In this document: in pieces, positions 24,882 to 36,088 of the stretch
Layout of the letters: each line of letters starts with the position of its first letter
Position numbering within the stretch: position 1 is the first letter of the stretch
Source of the DNA: Lophium mytilinum
Taxonomy: Eukaryota
Reading direction: 5' to 3'
Assembly (NCBI GenBank): GCA_010093605.1
Contig: MU004187.1
Span: forward strand, 1,664,882 to 1,728,881
Length of the DNA: 64,000 nt
Translations under genes and position numbers: made by a program
Notes under the pieces: model-generated
The model's input: the letters and a program-made list of their open reading frames with translations, nothing else
Database searches by the model: none
What the model was told of the DNA's origin: nothing

Positions 24882-26912
24882 CTACAACTCCTCATCTGGC
24901 TCATTAGGATCAAAATTTTCCTTTCCCATGTCAAAGTGGGCTTTCAACAACGCCGCCTGATTTGCTTCCTCCCTCGCAAGCGCCATCCAATCGATCTGAC
25001 CTATAGAAGCGTCGGGTGCAGGCGACTGGGTCTCGTATGGGTTGTTGGACGCTTGTGTGTAGTGAACCCAATCCCGAATTGGATAGTCCGAATCGAAGGC
25101 TGCCGGGGTTACGCTAGATTGGCCGTCATTCGGTGACAGAGAGCTTTGGAAGGAGACGTCTTGGTGATTCCACAGGCCGAAGATTGTAGATGGCGTATTG
25201 TTCGCGGACGAGTCGTTGAAGCTCTGGTAATCGGGCGAATTACGGCCGACTTCAAAGTTGAAGTCCCGGTGTGCCAGTGGTGAGGCTGTTGCGCCGCCAG
25301 AAGTCTGAGACTGCCGAATGGGGTCCTCATGAACTGTATGGCCTCCATAGCTGAAGCTCTGCTGTAGAGGACTGGCTGAAACTCTCGGATAAGCCTCGGA
25401 TGACCTATTGACGCCATATTGATGTGCCTGCGTATGGCTGACTCCGGAGCTGAAGTTTCGCTGCAGCGGCTGGGTGGCTGCAGGGCTGATCGAAGCTTCG
25501 TTATGCTCTATAGGAGTAGAAGCCTTCTCCGTATTCCGGCGACTCTGTTGAGAAGCTGGAACATTCTTTGACTCTACCGTCATCCTCTTTTGAGCGGCTT
25601 GCTTGATGGGTCTCGATGAAATCTCTGCTTTAGTCCTCCGACCAGCGGTGCCACTCGTCGGATAAGTCGATGGCAATTTGCCCTCTGGTAAAGTGGTCAG
25701 GCCTGGAGCCGTCGCTACGAAGGTCGATACTGCGGTATTAGAGCCCGATGTAGGCTGCGAGGCTGTCTTTTTGGCGGAATCGTCCCGCTCGTCGTCCTCC
25801 TCGGCCTCCGAATCCGGCTCGACTCTGAAGTCTTTCTTCTTGCGCCGAGGCGCCTTTGGTGCCGCTGTTCCAGCCGCAGTCATCACTTCTTTAGCCGCTT
25901 TTGTAGTCTTCGACCGCCGGTCATTACTCTTCCGGGAGCTGCCTTTGGCGCGACCGTATGCCGTTGGAGCATTGACGAAGATTTTCATCTTCTGGCCACC
26001 GAAAGGTGACGCCATCAGATCCAGGCACACTTGCTTTTCCTCCTTAAGGACGTAAATGATCTTCTTGACTCGCTGCTTGCAAGTCAAAGACCTGTCGTTT
26101 TTCTCAACTTGGGTTGCTCGAGAGCGGCCTGTCCAGTCCAACTCACTCTCTAGCTGGAAACCGTTGTTGCAAAGCGCAAGGGTTTCATCCAGCACCTCAT
26201 GGCACACCGCTTCTATACGTTGAGGGTGGTAAACAGCATTTCCTACGAAGTTTTTGTATGCTGCGCTTGTAGCGTTATCACATACGTTGCTGATGTCGCG
26301 GAAAGCATCATATAGTTTTGGGATCCATAGGTCTCGATCTGAGGCAATCTCGGCAATGGTGGCGTCACTCGACGGGCTTACGTATGGCTGTGTCGTTATA
26401 TGCGCTAATCTCCATAGTCTCGCCTCGTCGGAGGTAGTGAATGTCTTTGCGAACGGTGGATACTTTGGGGTGGTATCGACCGCGATCGTCTCCGCTTCAT
26501 CTTGGACGTTTCCTTCAGTCCTAATCTGACTGTCTCCTTCCGGAGTCTCATGGGCCACTTCCATGATATCAGAGATATGAGGATTATGGTGTGCATTCAC
26601 CGGCTGAGACAGCGTGGCCTGCTCTGTACTAACGGGTTTGGTCGGCGGGGGGCTGGTTGAAGAATAGACGCTTTCGGCACGCTCATTTTGGATGCGAACA
26701 TTGAAGTTGCCCTCTTCAGTATGCCTCGAAGGCTCTTGAGGAAGGCCAGGAGTCTTGCTTTGGCTGTGTTGTTGTGTAATACGCTTTGTCGACTGGACTT
26801 GGACAGATCCTGGGGAGGATGCTTTGTCAAGCCGCGCAACCTTCGGTTTGGGTGGTCTCGTCCCAGCTGCAGCATCATTGTCAAGTTCCTCGGCCTTTCG
26901 TTTTGGAGGCAT
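24882..26912 (-). CDS. Uncharacterised protein, paralogue A of an unnamed domain family (intronless)
   Basis: Long open frame; likely start MPPKRKAEE (NLS-like); central folded domain ~26470-25910 alignable by eye to the gene at 33302; low-complexity flanks. Confidence 0.8.
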   Translation of the reverse strand: MPPKRKAEELDNDAAAGTRPPKPKVARLDKASSPGSVQVQSTKRITQQHSQSKTPGLPQEPSRHTEEGNFNVRIQNERAESVYSSTSPPPTKPVSTEQATLSQPVNAHHNPHISDIMEVAHETPEGDSQIRTEGNVQDEAETIAVDTTPKYPPFAKTFTTSDEARLWRLAHITTQPYVSPSSDATIAEIASDRDLWIPKLYDAFRDISNVCDNATSAAYKNFVGNAVYHPQRIEAVCHEVLDETLALCNNGFQLESELDWTGRSRATQVEKNDRSLTCKQRVKKIIYVLKEEKQVCLDLMASPFGGQKMKIFVNAPTAYGRAKGSSRKSNDRRSKTTKAAKEVMTAAGTAAPKAPRRKKKDFRVEPDSEAEEDDERDDSAKKTASQPTSGSNTAVSTFVATAPGLTTLPEGKLPSTYPTSGTAGRRTKAEISSRPIKQAAQKRMTVESKNVPASQQSRRNTEKASTPIEHNEASISPAATQPLQRNFSSGVSHTQAHQYGVNRSSEAYPRVSASPLQQSFSYGGHTVHEDPIRQSQTSGGATASPLAHRDFNFEVGRNSPDYQSFNDSSANNTPSTIFGLWNHQDVSFQSSLSPNDGQSSVTPAAFDSDYPIRDWVHYTQASNNPYETQSPAPDASIGQIDWMALAREEANQAALLKAHFDMGKENFDPNEPDEEL

Positions 26913-28655
26913 TGTGATGATAACCAGAGAGCTTCTTAGTGAAGTTTTGAAAGGTCGGAAGTCGATTAAGTTTGTGGAGTCCGAAAAGATGGAGTTGTGT
27001 GGTATGTACTGTTGTGTGGTTATAGGGTGGTGAGAATGAAGATTGTGGACGGCAGACGGAGTAAAGGATTCCTTACATATTGGTGTCGGCTGCTTCGTGA
27101 ATTGTAACCTGGTGAATGTACCAAGAGCCGCCTTGAGCGAAAGCTTGGCGTGATTTGGGCGCAATGAAATAAACGAAAGGCATATATAAACCCGTCTACA
27201 TGGCAGAGGCGAAGAACCATGACGGCCAGCCCCAAAACAGCAAAAACGTACTACACAACAACACATGGTGCGTGTGTGTAGTCTACTGAATAACGTAGGA
27301 AATACCCAAGAACGTATGGTACTTTGGATCGAAGAAGGAATTCTGATGTTCGAAGGAACATTGTAAAGGGTCATCTATCTTTGATGATGATGATGATGGC
27401 CGATGGAACTACGCCATAAAGCTCTTCGTAACTTGATAATCAGAATCTAGTACGCCGCAGGATGACTATCACTGTGCCGCTTTGATAATAGTGACTGTCA
27501 CCATACAAGCTCGCCATCTTACAAATGTGGTATTCAGATTGAACAACCAAACCAAAATTCCGCCAATAACATGATTCTCGATGAAGCTCACGTTGCTGGA
27601 GCTCTTCACAGCCCAGAAATAGCCATTCACCGCTGATACGCCACATATTGCTAGCACAGAGCACAATCAAGAAGCTGAGCCATGGAAAGAAAAAAAGGGT
27701 GCAATCGGGAACTCAAATACTCTAGAGGAAATGAGCTCGGGGGTCGGGGTAGGAAAAGCCCGATTTTCAAACCTGCAATGCCTACCGCCTCCTCCTATCA
27801 CATGAACTAAATGAATCCTTTATAGTGAGAATGAGGACGTATTTGCTAAGGTCTTCGGTAGAAGTAGAGGTACATAATTATGAAAGTAAGAAGATAGTAT
27901 GTGCTTCATAGTGTCTACTTATCATTTCCTGCTACCAATTCTAGGAGACTTTTGAAGGAGGTGGAAACTTGAAAGTTCGCTGCAGCCAGACAAATACAAG
28001 CCTACCTCGTGATCTAGTAGTCGATGGATGTTCCGAGGACGGCTTGCCGAAAACTTGTTGGGTTATGACAACCACCTACAGCAAGCAATTACGGTAGCAA
28101 GCTTGGGTGCATTTCTGTATATTAGCTCGTCTTCCACCTATATAAGGCGCTACGGCCTGCATTCAACAAGATTTGGTTCGTGATCCAAGAGGTAGTGAAA
28201 GAGATACACGACATATATAAATCATTTACCAGAACAGTGTTGAAGATTCAGGATAAAATGCATCAACCCCATCAACAATCCACCACAAAACAATTCATGG
28301 TGGATGCTTTGGAAGGGGAGGGGAGTCATTGATCTGGGACTGCACGCTTAAAAATATAAGGGTGAAAGTAGGGAGCAAGTGGGTTCTATCTTACCTACGT
28401 AACTTTCCTTACTCCTCATCTCACGAGACCGTCAGAGAAGTGGAAAGCTAGAGGTTCGCTACAGCTGGTAATTCAAGTCAAGGCACAAGTTAGCCGATTT
28501 TGCTGACATTGATGACATTGTTGCTCAGGTGAAGCTCTCCCTTGTCTCAGCGACGTCAAAAGCCCGAAGCCCTTGGTCCAAGCTCGAGCTTCCACAAAGC
28601 TCCAAACTCCCCACTACAACCCTCCCACACCTAACTCACTACTTCAACGACAACG

Positions 28656-30164
28656 ATGACCGCCCTCCCAGGCCTCTCCCTCCCCGGCCTCTCCTTAGCC
28701 CCAGCCTTAGCCCCCTCCTCCACCGAAACCCGTACCCAAGACCTGCCCGCCGGCAGCGAATACCGCTTCGAAGTCCCGTTCACGCGCACTCTGCGCCTCC
28801 GCATCCTCAGCGGCACCGCCGAGCTCTTTGGAACCGAGCTTGCGCCCAACTCTAAAGACGCCTACACCCTCTCAGGCACTAAAGGCGCAGTCTACACATG
28901 GCACGGATGCCGCCTAGAGCTCGCAGGCGAGCCAGAAAGCGAGTACGTCGCTGAAGAGACGCAGATGACTAGCTATGCGAATGTGCATTTTGCGCTTGAG
29001 AACGCGCGGGAGAAGGCGGGAGCGCAGAAAGAGATTGGACCACGGGTGCTAGTTGTGGGTCCAGAGAATGCCGGGAAGACGAGTTTGTGCAAGATTTTGA
29101 CGGCGTATGCAACGAAAAGTGGACGGCAGCCAGTGGTGGTGAATCTGGATCCAAGGCAGGGATTGCTGAGTATTCCTGGTGCGCTGACAGCGACTACATT
29201 TGCGAGCGTGCTAGATGTGGAGGAGGCGGGCGGTTGGGGGAGTAGTCCGATTTCTGGGCCCAGCGCGGTGCCGGTGAAGATGCCACTGGTGTATCAGTAC
29301 GGATTGGGCAGTCCGGAGGAAGGGAAGACGTTCCGCCCGTTGGTAACACGGATGGCGCTCGCAGTGACGAGTAGGCTTGAGGAGGACGAGCAGGCGAGGG
29401 CAAGCGGCTGTATCATTGATACGGCTGGCGCGAGCAGTCATGGGAAGGGAGGGGTGTATGAGAATATTACGCATATAATATCGGAGTTTTCTGGTGCGTT
29501 TGCGATGCTGCTTGATACCCACCTATCCAGCCATATCCACCCCGATCCCTGATGCCCTATCCAATCGACCAATGCTGACCATATCATAGTCAACGTCCTA
29601 CTCGTCCTAGGCTCTGAGCGCCTCTACTCCGACCTATCGCGCAAATTCTCCAACCGACCCTCCGAAGAGCCTATCTCCGTCATCAAGCTCGACAAATCCG
29701 GCGGTTGCGTCGACCGCGACGAGACATACATGCAACAGCTCCGCCAATCCCAAATCCGCTCCTACTTCTTCGGTCAAGGCTCCAACAACCTAAGCCCGCA
29801 CACGCACTGGGCCAGCTACAGCAGCATAAAAATTCTCAAGATCAACGACGCCAGCGCGGGCGTTGGCTCTTCGTTCCTTCCTGGTGATGACGATGACGTC
29901 TATGGGTCGACGACGGCGTCGATATACGAGACCGTGGCGCCGTCGCCTTCGATCCTGAACTGTCTGCTTGCAGTTACGAATGCGAGCATGACGGATAGGC
30001 ATGAGGCGATCAGGGATTCGAGTATCAAGGGATACATATACGTCGCAGATGTGGACGAAACGAAGGAGAAAGTGAGGCTACTAGCACCGTTGAGCGGAGC
30101 TATACCGACGACAGCGATGGTTATGGGAACGTTTCCCGAGGATGTGTCCGGATTGGTTGGTTAG
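28656..30164 (+). CDS. CLP1: mRNA cleavage factor / polynucleotide 5'-kinase family protein Clp1, 2 exons
   Basis: SEYRFEV, GTAELFGTEL, YTWHGC, GPRVLVVGPENAGKTSL, VNLDP.QG, IIDT, VLGSERLYSDL, LDKSGGCVDRD, IRSYFFG; intron ~29494-29589. Confidence 0.95.
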
Positions 30165-30330
30165 ACTCATTCATTATACCCTCGAATCTCTTTTTCCAAT
30201 TTTCGCAAAGGGCGGGTCAAAGCGAAGTGCTGGCATTAGGGCAGCCAGTTTGGAGTTTTTGGAAACTAAAAAGGGGTATCCGGCTATGTACTTTTACCAG
30301 CGCCAAATATGTTCAGATACTAGAGGCTTT

Positions 30331-31451
30331 CTATAACATCGCAATCTCAGCATTAACCTTGCCGAGAAGCTCTACTAAGAGCTTCAGCGTGCTACTGATC
30401 CCCTGCAGAGCGTTCTCATCCCGCCCCTGACCGGGCGTCCATGTCGCGTGCGCGAAGTCGATCATCTTGACCGATACCAGCTTTGGTAGCTCGTCCTCCT
30501 CATCGTCATCCTCGTCCTCATCTTCTACCTCCGCCTCCACCTCCTTCCTTGCAGGCGCCTTCTTCAACACCTCCTCTCTCTCATCAAACGCCCCCGCATC
30601 TCCCTCAAACACGAGCAGAATACTCGCCGAATACATCCGGCTTTCTTTCTTCCTAAAGATATCCCTCAATTCCCTCACCCCATCCACAAACTCCACAAGC
30701 ACCCGCTTCGCCCGCTCGAGCTCCCGCCTCCCCTTCTTAGTCCCTGGCGGAAGCACGTACGCCTCGAAGCCTTCTAGCACGTTCCACGCGGCGAACTTTC
30801 GCCCATACATCTTATTATACACCGTGTAGCCCGTATCTTCTTCCACCTCCGCAAAGCTTTTCAGGTTCTCGGCGACTGGCTTGGGCACGGCGGCCCATGT
30901 CCGCATTCCCGCGATGCGGAACCCGAGAGAGGAAGACGTGGTCTCCTTGGATACTTTATCCAGCCGCGCTCGCTTCTCTGGTTTCGCGCCCTCGTCCCAC
31001 AACTGTGCGCCTAGCTTTAGATCTAGGATGTTCGGTTTCGAGAAACCGGCGGCTGTGTTCTCCAGCACAATTGACAATTCGGTTGCAAGCTTCTTCCCGT
31101 GCAATCGCTCTAGCGTGCCGTCCGCAGTCTGGATCATGCCCTCGGCCAGCTCATCTGTCGAGGCCTCGGCGGTGGCGGCGGCGTTGAGCGAGAGCGTACC
31201 CATGTAGGTGGGGATGTAGGCAGCGAGATCGGGGTGTGAGGCCGTGACGGATTCGTAGAAAGCGATTTCGGCGGGGGTGCAGGGTTTTATGACGAGGGCG
31301 CCTGTAGGGTCAGAGAGGACACCGTCGCTGAGAAATATATTAGTTTGTGTGTAACGGTTGCTTAGGTACGGCGTGCAGGGATGACGTACTGGCCAGCAGC
31401 GACGTTACCGAAGGCTTTGAGGGTTGAGGGATCTAGGGTTTTATTGGACAT
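30331..31451 (-). CDS. ARG82: Inositol polyphosphate multikinase (Ipk2/Arg82 family), 2 exons
   Basis: AAGH|DGV, KPC..EIAFYE, LEN, PNILDLKLG (PxxxDxKxG), GFRIAGM, SILLVFEGD, MIDFAH. Confidence 0.88.
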
Positions 31452-33301
31452 GGTGGGCGGTAGGCAATTGGCTTGTTGTTGGATTGTTGGACTCGTTGGT
31501 GTTGTAGATTTGGTGATAGAGAGGCGGAGCTGAGGGTCAGCGGGGACGCACAAGCCAGAAAGCTGGTCGCCACAATAGCAATAGGGCTGAGATCCCTGCT
31601 GTTCCTGGAATACGCGAGTCAGGCGGTATGACGAAGGTTGAGTTCGCGAGTAAGGCGAAGACCATGTTAAGGAAAGTTGCAGTATCGAAGACAGTGGTGC
31701 TTTATATACCTATGTATTTTCCCATATATTGGATTCTAGGCTAACCGTGAGGCGGTAGTGTGAGGCGTGTTCAAACGCCTTGCTTTCAAGTTGTCTTATT
31801 AGTTCGCCAGGGTCGCCCGTGCTCAAATTTAATCTCAACCTCACTTGGTTCCTTCTCCATCTACAATTTCGTGGCCTCATCAAAGCGACCCTCAACCATT
31901 GCAATGTGGCCTCATCAAACAGCTACCAGTCTCCAAGACTCAAACTCCAAGCTTGTACCTTAAGTGAGTTCCATGATGTAGCCATCGAGGGAAGAGACTT
32001 GTGTGCGTCGAGCAAGTACTAATGAACAGCTCTGAAAACTCCCAGAGCACTAAGAAATGATCTGTGTGCACATGGACAAGTAGTCTAGACACTTCTTACT
32101 GCAATTTGCACTATGGTCATTTCCTGAAAGAGCTGTTACCTACGTTCTCTGCGCATTCTCTTGCTCTTTATGAGCATGTGCTTTTCTTCGCCTGTCTCAA
32201 TTGCCCACTCGGCGTCGTCAATCCGACCTTCCTCACCTTCTAGTTTCCTATACACCACTTTTCTCTGGTCACCAGCTATGATCGTGTAGACTTTGCGCTC
32301 AATAGTCGTACCTGTCAAGCCAACCAGGCGTCTAGCCCTCCCCTGACAAAGTAGCGCACCTTTCAGGCATATGGTCTACCCCCCTACCAACTTCTAAATA
32401 ATAAAACGTTCCACTTGTTTATGTCCATCGAATCAAAACTCCACACCCCCTTTCTGCGGATGTGCTGGCCAAGAGACGGTGCCTGATAACATTGACCTTT
32501 TCATCACCTGAATTAGACAACATCGTCACATCCTCCAGCTAGAAAGGATCTTTGTCTTCAACATGAACCAATGATGGTATTCGTTCCCATAAGAGCTCAA
32601 TTGTTTCAACACTTTCTAGTCATGGTGGTAATCAGCATGCGATAGTGATCCACCTTCAACTTGCCGAACGAGACCCAGACAGCATGAGCAGCCATTGATA
32701 TCTTACTTTGCCGCCAACATGAGTGATTGTTGGTGTAAGTTTTTCATGGCATGGTAGTTTACTGTCGAGCACGCTGATCTTCCTCTCATCAGGTTACCTT
32801 ATATACCTGAGATGTACCAATCTCTCGACGGCGTGCACTGCACACGAAAAACATAGGCCTCGTTGGATCCACGGACGCGGCGCAGCACGTGCTGCATGTG
32901 ATCCCGACTATTCAGACCAAAGGACGATGATAGAGACAGAGACAGAGACCCAGCTTGATTACCATCACTATTCAGCAACCCCACCACCCACCCTCTCTAG
33001 AACTCCCACATCTAGACACCCTTTCTAAGCTTCGAGCTCTGTTCCCTTCGTGCACTCGCAGCTAATTCACTACTCTCCTAGCACGTTCCAAATCAACACT
33101 TAGGTGTGTAACTCCACCTTCACTCCTGTGTCCCTATAACAACTCCCACGTCGCAAACCAGAAGTCTCCCACAATATTTCCATTCTGCCACTACCACCAC
33201 AAATTTTGCAAACCCCACATAACTCTCTAACATTACATCATCACAGACCTTGTTGCTAGCATCAGTGATACAGATATTCGTATTACATACGTGTCGATAT
33301 C

Positions 33302-35483
33302 ATGGCTTCTAAGAGGAAGGCAAGTTATATCGAGAACGAGCTTTGGATCGAGCAGCCCCGAGATCCTTCCCCGAAAAAGGCCAGAGTCGCGCGGATCGAG
33401 GTGCCAGCGGCGTCTCGAGCTCTTTGTGAACTGCCCCTCAACGTCTTCGGCGGGCCACATGGGACTCAGCAGAGCCGTCTTTACACCAACAATCACTCAA
33501 ACACGGCCAACGTTTTCCCGGCTTCCAACAATCAGCCCAGCACTATAGCGGTGAAGGGTTCTAGGAAACTTGCCAAGACTGGAAAGCGAGATGGGCGAAC
33601 TGGCCAGGGCTCTAATACTATTAACGGTCAGACGACTTCTAATAACCTGCTTGCACAAGGTCTTGGATCCTCTGGACTCTCTCGTGGAGGCGTCCACTCC
33701 ATCGATGTTCCGTCACAATTCGCTCCAGAAAATAGTTTCGGTCCACCAGCTACCACAGGTCCGCTTGGCTTCAACCCAGCTCCATTTCCGGAGAACAAGG
33801 TCATCCTAGACAATTTCCCAGCTTTCGAACGTCACTTCGGGGACAGCATAACCGCCCATCAGTGGCGTCAGTCGAAGACAAGGGCGCCATTCGTCAACCC
33901 AAACGACGATCCGACTATACCAATAATCAAGACTGATCTGCTTCTCTGGGTCGAGATGTTGTACAAGATGATCGTTAACCAAGATGAAATCCGAGATCAC
34001 TTGAACAGCGAAAAGTACAAGACATACGTCCGTCTTGCCAAAACAACGTCTGCGAATATTGAGGTAGCATGCCACAACCTGATCGTAAGTCGTTCTCCGG
34101 GAGTAAGGTGTTGGAGAATGTGAGCTCACACTCAAACAGATAGAGACACTCATGCTTTGTGAAAACGGCTTTCAGCTCGCAGACTCAAGGCTCGATCTAG
34201 CGAAGCCGGGAGATTGGTCTACCACGAGCCCAGGCGAGTTCGAGAATATGGGAGACCAGGATCTCCAATGCTTCATGCGCATGATCAAAATCTGCTATGC
34301 TCTCAAGGTACGATAACCTAGGCTGCTGACGCGTTCGCTGCATCACTTTTCGCTAACAATATGCTAGCATGAGAAGACCATTTGCGCTGAAGTGTTGAGC
34401 GGGTGCTTCGGAGACAGGTGGGTTAGGCAGTTTGTTAATGCTCCCATTGAATGGCGCCGTGTAAGTCCTCGGCATATCATGTCTCCCAGCAAGCTCCGAA
34501 GTGGCTAATCACTTAGATAGCGGAAAGGCAGTAACCGACGAAATAACGACGCTAAACCGGAGAGGGCAGTGAGACTTGCCGAGGACAACCTGAAGCGCGC
34601 AGCCAAGGAAGCAGAAGCGTGCACAGCGCCGGAGCTGGAACGACCGGCCAGTAACGATGCCTCAGGACAGACAAGTGCGGCGAAGACCGTCAGTACGAAG
34701 GCGGAGAAGCAGACCGAGCCGTCGATGACCGCGGTGTTGCAAGAGGCATACGCCCTTGGAATCACCATTCCGGACCTCTACCTCGGACTTCTAGTTGAGG
34801 ATCAAGAGGCATACCAGCAAGATGCCTCGCAGCACCCACTGGCAGCTGCTCCCGCTCCGGCTACCAGCCTTTCAGACCCAATAGCTCAGCTGCCAGCCGC
34901 TTATCTCCCCAAGATTGGCTGCTTCGCTGCCCCGGAGAGCCGGGAGGAGATGGCTCGGAGGTATAGGCGAAGTCAATCAACACCAAATGCTCCCCAAAAT
35001 ACCCTAAAAGTCTCGAAACAAAATAATGGTCCAAAACTCGCCAAGCGGGGATCAGTAGAGCCAAATATTCAGGCGGTACCAGGAACGTCTCATGCTAGCG
35101 GAAATCTCTATACATCGTTCGCTTCGAATTCCTATGGTTTGGCCAGCGATACCGTCACGAGCGAATTCCAATCAGCTAGCTACTCTTTTTCACAGCACCA
35201 GGCTCCATTTCTGGGCCACCATTTCCAGCAGCAAACTGCGCCGCAAGATGAGTTCCAGTTTGGTAGCTTTTCGAACCAATTCCAAGTCTCCGCTGCAGAC
35301 TTCGGTTTACAGCAGCAGTTCGAGCTTCAAGATGAGTTCCAATCGGCTGGCAGTCTCTCAAATGACGCACAAGCTCCCATCTTGGGTAACAGCGTGCAAC
35401 TTGAGGCCGACCAGTGGCTTCAGAATCAGCTACCCGTTGAGCCGAGTCAGTTTTGGGATTTTATCTTTGGGGACGATAAGTAA
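33302..35483 (+). CDS. Uncharacterised protein, paralogue B of the same unnamed domain family, 4 exons
   Basis: Starts MASKRKAS; phase-0 introns 34085-34139, 34308-34367 and 34461-34520 join the 33302 and 34569 ORFs into one frame; Q/F/S-rich C-terminus. Confidence 0.8.
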
Positions 35484-36088
35484 GGTTTTCTGACATGCAA
35501 CAACTTCGAAAGCCAACCAACAAACTTCTCCGGGGCCGAAGACCTTGCTTCCGGCTTCAATTGGGGAACTCTCTTGGCCAACGATGACCTTATCGACCTA
35601 GAGGTGCTGGCATGCTCAGCCAACATGTAGTTTAAGGGAGCAGACGAAGGACTCCTGTCAGTATCTCCAATTGATCGTGTTGGCATATCGGGTATCTCTT
35701 ACGGGTGTGCGTCACAATGCCTTTCATGACATAGCTATATTTCTTCAATATTTCGGTAACATTACTTGCTACTTAAAGTGACTGCTTGATCGCCCCTTAG
35801 GGTAAATTGCGATAATTCTTTTCCGCTGTTCGATTATCCACCTAAGAGAGATTGTAATGGTCGTGGCGCGGAAGACCATGAAGTGAGCACAGTCGACCCG
35901 GATTGGGTGATCGTGGGAGTACAATCAGCTTTACGTGACAGCTCTATCGATTGGAGGCTTGTCGTCAACCTTTGTGATATCTTCATCTGGGGATTCTTCG
36001 CTTCTGCCCTCTGGACGAATTTTGTAGGCTACAGAACCTATGAAGGTGCCCCCGCTTTTGCAATACAGAGGACGCACGAAACTAATTC

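Noticed and set aside
26913..27374. 154-codon N-terminal extension of the 830-aa ORF
   Set aside because: Looks like promoter/5' UTR (TATA-like TTTATATA near 27185); the paralogue starts at the equivalent KRKA motif. Not excluded without transcript data.
27690..27780. Minus-strand ..GAGTTCCCGATTGCACCC followed by a T-run, resembling a tRNA 3' end
   Set aside because: No GTTCRA T-loop and no matching 5' acceptor strand.
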